Source of the DNA: an uncultured Planctomycetia bacterium
GTDB lineage: Bacteria > Omnitrophota > Gorgyraeia > Gorgyraeales > Gorgyraeaceae
Assembly (NCBI GenBank): GCA_964415355.1
Contig: CAYPYS010000003.1
Coordinates: 4,156 to 68,155 of the forward strand
Length of the DNA stretch: 64,000 nucleotides
Direction: 5' to 3'
In this document: positions 58,413-64,000 of the stretch, in pieces
Layout: each line of letters starts with the position of its first letter
Position numbering within the stretch: position 1 is the stretch's first letter
The notes under the pieces: model-generated
Databases searched by the model: none
What the model was told of the DNA's origin: nothing
Seen by the model: only the letters and a program-made list of their open reading frames with translations
Translations under genes and position numbers: made by a program

Positions 58413-59951
58413 TTATTTTTCAATAAATAACCTGGGTATATTTATTTTTATAAAATAACCAACGCAGTAAGAAAGTTTTTTTTCTATCCTGGGATCGACG
58501 CGATGCACCAGTCTTGATAAATTTACAAGGGCCAGCAACGCGTTCTTATAAAGATGTCTGAGCAGCCTCATATCTGTCAATCTATTTGCATACATCCATA
58601 TATTGAATATACCTATAAGCCTGATTATTCTTTTTATCTCTCTGATCCTCGTATGCGAATGTTTGAAAAAATTCATCCTAAGTATAAAAAAATCCTTAAA
58701 AAATAATCTTTCAAATACAGGCGTAGAGGGCCTGTTATTTATATTCTTCCATGCCCACCATGCTAAGTCCAGCCTGAGCCACCATTTTTTGATATCATAT
58801 GTCTTGTTATATGCAGAATATAATGCAGTCCCGGGATAGGGAATCAATATGCCTCCATTGACCACATATGTAAGTTTTGATAGTATCCTTTTCAAAAATA
58901 AGTATGTTGAGCTTATATGTTCTGATTTCTCCCACGGAAAACCGAACATAAATGAAACATGCGGCCGGATGCCGATCCGAGCTGTCGTATTTATGCGATC
59001 TTCGACCTTATGCAGATCTATTTTCTTTTTTATCAATGTCATTGTTTCCGGACTTCCTGTCTCTATCCCGTATGTTATACTGTAACAACCAGCTTCTTTC
59101 ATCTCTTCAAGCAACTCTTCTGTAATCAGGTCGAATCTTGATATGCAGGTCCATTTTATAGGTCTTGGCAAAGTTCTAAAAAGCCTGCACAGCTCAAACA
59201 CCCTTTGCTTATCATAAGTAAATACATCATCAAGGATAAAAAAAGTATCTATGCCGTACATCTCCTGAAGCCATCTTATTTCCTTAATAACATTTTCAGC
59301 GCTCCTACACCTAAAATCCTTGCCTAATATTTTGGAAGAACAAAAAATACACCCATAAGGGCATCCCCTGCTGGTAATAATATTTCCATAGCGCATGAAT
59401 TCATAACTGGATTTAACATAATCGGAGTGCTTGAATAAATCTTTAGCCGGCAAAGGAATATTGTCTAAATTTCCTATGGGGCTGCGACAGGGATTATGCA
59501 CGATCTCATCTCTGTCATTTTTATAACTGATGCCGGTTACATCCTTTAATTTTGCCTCACCTTTCATGAACCTGAGTATATCCAGTATAATCTCTTCGCC
59601 CTCTCCCTTTATAACAATATCAGCCCCATTTTCTAAAACCTCATCCGGTAATAAAGTCGGATGGGGCCCGCCAGCTATAATTAAAGGGAAGGTCTCTGAT
59701 AAAGCCCTTTGCAGCTTATATGCAAACTTAACAAATGTCGTGGATATAGTTATGGCTATCAAATCCGGTTTAAATGATCCGCTTTCTTTTATGATATCCG
59801 ATATGGTAAATCGGGCATACGGGGCTGCCGCGTCTATGATCTTGACCAAACAACCTTTGTTTTTTAGTGCTGCCCCGATATAGCCCAAACTCAGAGGAGG
59901 GCTTCCGTTGATCACAGGAGAAGGAGGGTGTATTAACAATGCCTTTATCAT
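58413..59951 (-). CDS. Cobalamin-binding (class B) radical SAM enzyme, paralog G
   Basis: MIKALLIHPP...LSLGYIGAALKNKGCLVKIIDA; ITSRGCPYGCIFCSS. Confidence 0.75.
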   Translation of the reverse strand: MIKALLIHPPSPVINGSPPLSLGYIGAALKNKGCLVKIIDAAAPYARFTISDIIKESGSFKPDLIAITISTTFVKFAYKLQRALSETFPLIIAGGPHPTLLPDEVLENGADIVIKGEGEEIILDILRFMKGEAKLKDVTGISYKNDRDEIVHNPCRSPIGNLDNIPLPAKDLFKHSDYVKSSYEFMRYGNIITSRGCPYGCIFCSSKILGKDFRCRSAENVIKEIRWLQEMYGIDTFFILDDVFTYDKQRVFELCRLFRTLPRPIKWTCISRFDLITEELLEEMKEAGCYSITYGIETGSPETMTLIKKKIDLHKVEDRINTTARIGIRPHVSFMFGFPWEKSEHISSTYLFLKRILSKLTYVVNGGILIPYPGTALYSAYNKTYDIKKWWLRLDLAWWAWKNINNRPSTPVFERLFFKDFFILRMNFFKHSHTRIREIKRIIRLIGIFNIWMYANRLTDMRLLRHLYKNALLALVNLSRLVHRVDPRIEKKLSYCVGYFIKINIPRLFIEK

Positions 59952-60027
59952 ATTATAATCAATGCCTGATCTTAAAAGCGCGAGCTCGGAAACTCGGAAA
60001 ATGGAGAAAGGTTTATAAACGTTACTC

Positions 60028-60855
60028 TCATTGGACAAGAAAATAAATTAAAATCAATCCAAAAATGATACTTATGATCTTAAAAGTCTTTCTGATAGTT
60101 AAAATTCCATCTATTGATATCCTGCCTTTGGATCGAAACACCTGCATTATTGATACTTGAATAACAGAGAAAACCAGTGTTAAATAAAAGACGCCTGTCA
60201 TGTTTTCAAAAATAAAAAAGCATAAAAAACTCCAGATCAACCACACAAGCAGTGACAGATGCCACAGCTTGATCGAGCGGTCCATGGGTAAATTCCAATT
60301 GCCTTCGGTCCTGCCATGTCCCATTAAATGAATGATCTGCGAAGGTGCCACTCCTAACCAGATATATCCAGCCAGGTGCAGCGCGGAAAAGGATAATGAT
60401 TTATTGGCAATATAACCTATCAGGAATAATATCGCAAAACCCGTGGAATTCAAAACGATATTAAGCGCTGGTCTTTTCTTAAATCTTGTATAAGGAGAGG
60501 AATATAAAAAACTGACGGTCCCTCCCAAAATAACCAATAAAAATACCATTTTAGAGTAAAAAAAAGAAACAAGCAAATTTATTAGAATTAAAGCAACTGA
60601 GATATATAATGCTATTCTGCGATTATAGCTTTTTCCGGATTCCCTTAAAAAATTGTCTTCCCCGGACTTAAAATCGAAATAGAGATTTATGCTATATCCA
60701 TGTGCCACATATAGAGATGCGATAAAAGACAGTACAAGAAAATCAATGATTACAAGGTCTTTTATGGCAAAGAAAAATCCGAGATATGCTACGCCTATGA
60801 TATAAAACCAATCTCTTGCTCTTAAGAATCTGATATAATACAAAAAGGCAGGCAT
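60028..60855 (-). CDS. Polytopic membrane protein, possibly UbiA-family prenyltransferase-like; first gene of the radical SAM operon
   Basis: ~8 predicted TM helices and an N-terminal RARDW motif reminiscent of UbiA-type enzymes; no clear Asp-rich motif. Weak. Confidence 0.3.
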   Translation of the reverse strand: MPAFLYYIRFLRARDWFYIIGVAYLGFFFAIKDLVIIDFLVLSFIASLYVAHGYSINLYFDFKSGEDNFLRESGKSYNRRIALYISVALILINLLVSFFYSKMVFLLVILGGTVSFLYSSPYTRFKKRPALNIVLNSTGFAILFLIGYIANKSLSFSALHLAGYIWLGVAPSQIIHLMGHGRTEGNWNLPMDRSIKLWHLSLLVWLIWSFLCFFIFENMTGVFYLTLVFSVIQVSIMQVFRSKGRISIDGILTIRKTFKIISIIFGLILIYFLVQ

Positions 60856-60904
60856 CGAACTCCAGTATATCTAATATAACATTGTACAAGCATCAGGCCG
60901 TCGG

Positions 60905-60933
60905 TTGACACTCTATTATTAGTATGATATACT
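60905..60933 (+). promoter_or_regulatory. Putative sigma70 promoter for ftsH (TTGACA-17-TATACT), followed by AAGGAG RBS
   Basis: Read directly. Confidence 0.5.
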
Positions 60934-60961
60934 CTATTCCACAGTAAAACAAGGAGAAAAA

Positions 60962-62587
60962 ATGGCTAATTTAACGATGCGTAGATTCAAGATGTTCCTC
61001 ATGATGCACTGGCTAAAGTTTACGATAATAGCCGTGGTTGTGATACTTTTGATATTAGCTGTATGGGGTCTGTCGTCTCTTGAATCATTCTACCGTCATC
61101 TTACTCTAGCCCAGATGCCTATCACTCTTCTTCTATCAGGTGTACACGCAGGCATATTCGTCTTTATGTACATGGTTTTCCTGAGGGGCGGTTTTACGAA
61201 AATAAAGCAGACTACTATAAAAGGGCAAAATGTAAATGTGCATTGGAATGATGTAATAGGCATAGAAGAAGCAAAGCAAGAGGCGTGGGAAGTCGTACAA
61301 TTGATAAAAGACCGAAAGCGACTTTTGAAGATCGGCGGAAATATCCTTAGAGGTCTTCTGATGGTCGGGCCTCCTGGTTGCGGAAAGACATATCTCGCAA
61401 AAGCAATAGCAACAGAGGCAGGTATTCCATTCATATCAATGTCCGGAAGTGAATTCACCGAAATATTCGTAGGGGTTGGCGCATCGCGAGTGAGAAAGCT
61501 ATTCAAAAAAGCCAGGACACTTGCCTACGGATATGGCGCGTGTATTGTTTTTATAGACGAGCTGGATGCCATAGGAAGAGCGCGCTCATTCAGCTTTATG
61601 GGCGGCGGACAGGAGACAAACTCGACCCAGAACCAGCTCCTGGTAGATATGGACGGGCTCAAGGAAAAAGATTTTGATGTTATAGTCATAGGCGCGACAA
61701 ACGCGGCAGAAGGAGTTTTAGACCAAGCGCTTCTCAGGCCAGGTAGATTTGACAGGAAGATCTATATCGACAGGCCTAGCCTAGAAGGAAGGACCAAAAT
61801 ATTTGAATATTATCTTAAAAAATTAAAGTATGATAAGAGCATGGACATAGGACGCCTGGCAAGAAAGGCAGTATATAAGACACCTGCGGAAATAGACAAT
61901 ATAATAAAAGAAGCGGCCCTGATCTCCACTAGAAACAAAAAAGATACAGTAAGCTACAAAGAAATATCCGAGGCAATGGAACGCATTGACATGGGTATAA
62001 AACACAGACGACAGATGACAAAAGAGGAAAAGGAAATGGTTGCGTTCCACGAAACAGGGCATCTTGTCACAATGTACATATTGCACCCTACTGATGATGT
62101 ATTTAAGGCCTCTATCATCTCTCGCAAAGAAACGCTTGGTGCAGTGTATGCTCAACCAAGAGAAGAATTATATACTCGCAACAAAGAAAGGCTACTGGCA
62201 GATATAAAGGTAAAGCTTGGCGGATACGTGGCAGAAAAAACAAGATTCGGCACCACGAGCGATGGTGTAGCATCTGATTTTAAAGGCGCGATGCAGGTAG
62301 CACACGCCATGGTCTGGAAGGTAGGGATGAGCGACGCTGGATTTGTAGGAGACTACACTATGATACCAGAATCTCAGCTATCTGAAGTGATCAAGGAAAA
62401 GCTCAATAACGAGACAAATAAGATCATAAAGACCTGCCTTAAAGAAGTCGAAGAACTCCTCAAAAAAGAATGGCCGATAGTGGAAAGATTCGTAAAAGAA
62501 CTGCTTGAAAAAGAAGAGCTGGAGTACGACGAAGTAGAGACTATATTCAAAGAATACGGCAAGACTCATATATATAAGTCTGCATGA
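60962..62587 (+). CDS. ftsH: ATP-dependent zinc metalloprotease FtsH-like (AAA+ ATPase with HExxH)
   Basis: TM N-terminus; Walker A GPPGCGKT; Walker B IVFIDELD; second region of homology [22 protein letters not shown]; HETGH zinc motif. Shorter (541 aa) than typical FtsH. Confidence 0.75.
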   Translation: MANLTMRRFKMFLMMHWLKFTIIAVVVILLILAVWGLSSLESFYRHLTLAQMPITLLLSGVHAGIFVFMYMVFLRGGFTKIKQTTIKGQNVNVHWNDVIGIEEAKQEAWEVVQLIKDRKRLLKIGGNILRGLLMVGPPGCGKTYLAKAIATEAGIPFISMSGSEFTEIFVGVGASRVRKLFKKARTLAYGYGACIVFIDELDAIGRARSFSFMGGGQETNSTQNQLLVDMDGLKEKDFDVIVIGATNAAEGVLDQALLRPGRFDRKIYIDRPSLEGRTKIFEYYLKKLKYDKSMDIGRLARKAVYKTPAEIDNIIKEAALISTRNKKDTVSYKEISEAMERIDMGIKHRRQMTKEEKEMVAFHETGHLVTMYILHPTDDVFKASIISRKETLGAVYAQPREELYTRNKERLLADIKVKLGGYVAEKTRFGTTSDGVASDFKGAMQVAHAMVWKVGMSDAGFVGDYTMIPESQLSEVIKEKLNNETNKIIKTCLKEVEELLKKEWPIVERFVKELLEKEELEYDEVETIFKEYGKTHIYKSA

Positions 62588-63819
62588 ACGCCCCTCTCTT
62601 AAAAGTCCTATTACCCATTCTACTTTTAATGACACTTGCTTCCTGCGAAGGAGCAACATATTCAAAAGAAAAAGTCGAACGATCCGTAGTGGAACTCTGT
62701 AAAAATGAATATGATCTGGACGTAGAGGCAAAGATCATCGGCTCGACCCTTGGAGTATCCATACCCATAGAAGGACTTGTAGACCCTGAGCTGAAACTCG
62801 ACCAGGAGGCCGGTGAAAAAATAGAGGATGTGGCCCTATCCATACACAGGGTCATAATGAGCACGGACAAACCCTTAAAAATATACACGCTCACGGCAAG
62901 AGACACGAGCGCCATAGGCGCGGAATTTATATTGACGGGTTTTGTTTATGATGTAGTGCGCGTGCGGCTTTTGGATATCTCCAGAGGTGAATACCATAAA
63001 AGGATATTGAGGGATTTCAGGTTTAATTCGGTCGTAACGGGAGAAACAAAGATAAGAGAACTTTTTGATGCCGTAAACGCGCAGTCTCCTTCTATGCAGA
63101 AAATAAGATATCTATTTTATCCGATATTCACTATCGGCAAAGAAGGAAGCCAAAAAATAGAAATAATAGATATAGATGCAAAGGAGATATCAGAGCAGGA
63201 GGCCCTGTTTTACATAAAGACGAGAGAATATTACGAACCTTTGCCCGGCTTTGAAGTTTACAAGGCGATATTCCCTCCTGGATTCCAAAATGAATATTTG
63301 ATACTTACGAATATCTCCTTATTTCCGAATCCCGTAAAAGAAATCGTCTCAAAATATTTCTATTCGGGGACTGAGATAAGGCAGAGAAATGTAGGCGATA
63401 CTTTCGGTCAATATAAAGATACGGGTTACATCGGGATAGACGGTTTGCCTAAAAATGACCTGGATCCTGGCTGGTTTTTGAGCCAACAGATCTCAAGGAG
63501 GGTCAAAATACTCTTTTCTGAAGATAAAAGATTAAAAAAGCGATTCATGGTCCAGGACTCTCAGGGCTCACTAGACAATAAGATATTTCGGTTCACATTC
63601 TCTATCTCTTCTGAAGAACCCACGATGCAGGATGAAGTGGTCATATTCTCGCGCATCCTTAAACTCGCAGGACAGGTAACGCACAGATATGATTTTGAGG
63701 AGTTTGAAGGCATCGAACTGTTAAACACAGCGCCTGGAGGGAAACAACTCTATCTATCAAAAGATGACCTGAAAAAATTCAGACGGAATAGACTAAAAAT
63801 CAAGGACCTCTTACTCTAA
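62584..63819 (+). CDS. Hypothetical lipoprotein
   Basis: Signal peptide with lipobox LLMTLASC; no other motif recognised. Confidence 0.45.
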   Translation: MNAPLLKVLLPILLLMTLASCEGATYSKEKVERSVVELCKNEYDLDVEAKIIGSTLGVSIPIEGLVDPELKLDQEAGEKIEDVALSIHRVIMSTDKPLKIYTLTARDTSAIGAEFILTGFVYDVVRVRLLDISRGEYHKRILRDFRFNSVVTGETKIRELFDAVNAQSPSMQKIRYLFYPIFTIGKEGSQKIEIIDIDAKEISEQEALFYIKTREYYEPLPGFEVYKAIFPPGFQNEYLILTNISLFPNPVKEIVSKYFYSGTEIRQRNVGDTFGQYKDTGYIGIDGLPKNDLDPGWFLSQQISRRVKILFSEDKRLKKRFMVQDSQGSLDNKIFRFTFSISSEEPTMQDEVVIFSRILKLAGQVTHRYDFEEFEGIELLNTAPGGKQLYLSKDDLKKFRRNRLKIKDLLL

Positions 63820-63852
63820 CTTTACATTTCAACAATGTTAAAATGTAAAGTT
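63818..63852. repeat. 35-bp palindromic intergenic repeat, copy 15 (form A variant)
   Basis: aactttacatttcaacaatgttaaaatgtaaagtt; convergent gene ends on both sides. Confidence 0.9.
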
Positions 63853-64000
63853 ACTCCAAAATCACGACCTTTCTCCCCTCTATTCTCAGCTTCCCTTCTA
63901 CGAACAATCTTATTGCTTCAGGATAGATCTTGTGTTCTTCCCTGTGAACCGCATCTGCGAGCGTCTCTTCCGTATCATCTTCTTTTGTCATCACAGGCGA
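63851..64000 (-). CDS. 3' end of an unidentified gene running off the right edge
   Basis: Reverse-complement translation gives ...SPVMTKEDDTEETLADAVHREEHKIYPEAIRLFVEGKLRIEGRKVVILE*; the stop codon uses the last bases of the repeat. Confidence 0.4.
   Translation of the reverse strand, partial: SPVMTKEDDTEETLADAVHREEHKIYPEAIRLFVEGKLRIEGRKVVILE

Noticed and set aside
60856-60904. Candidate promoter for the radical SAM operon upstream of 60855
   Set aside because: Only weak -35/-10 candidates (TTGTAC ... TATACT with awkward spacing) are visible; I could not place a convincing promoter by eye, although an SD (GGAG) precedes the ATG.

Overview
This 64-kb window looks like a compact, AT-rich genome of an uncultivated, probably anaerobic bacterium; I cannot name the taxon from sequence alone. 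Positions 1–35,400 are a housekeeping backbone, almost all on the minus strand. The backbone genes are dnaX, tadA, pabBC, gltX, korDABG, dxs-ispA-xseBA, ymdB-rny, CcdA/TlpA-type cytochrome c biogenesis, polX, nrdR, glyA, rpiB, a Sua5–LMW-PTP fusion, the complete purE-D-M-Q-(S)L-C-B pathway, ftsB and eno. A highly conserved ~35–39-bp imperfect palindrome (aactttacatttcaacaacgttaaagtgtaaagtt) occurs 15 times and fills intergenic spacers, often holding the stop codon of one gene and abutting the Shine-Dalgarno of the next. Four unusual genetic elements sit in the backbone. They are a LAGLIDADG-type intein splitting purD at GPN|TGGMGAY, an initiator tRNA-fMet gene interrupted in its anticodon loop by a 205-nt group-I-like intron, a mini GIY-YIG ORF flanked by GNRA-loop hairpins next to that tRNA, and tRNA-Ser and tRNA-Gln genes. 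Positions 36,700–60,855 are a repeat-free, tightly overlapping 17-gene minus-strand operon dominated by radical SAM enzymes: seven cobalamin-binding class-B radical SAMs, three paralogous radical SAMs with an N-terminal CxxC zinc-ribbon, four SPASM-type radical SAMs (one with a PqqD-like recognition domain), and one MTTase-like enzyme. The same operon also carries two polyprenyl-phosphate-type GT2 glycosyltransferases, a tandem-GNAT-like protein and a UbiA-like membrane protein. It contains a 26-aa Cys-containing peptide gene with a downstream hairpin, and a 462-nt perfectly identical direct repeat between adjacent class-B paralogs. This operon is the best candidate for an undescribed biosynthetic system, either a heavily tailored RiPP or a lipid/polyprenyl-modifying pathway. 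ftsH and a lipoprotein gene follow on the plus strand.
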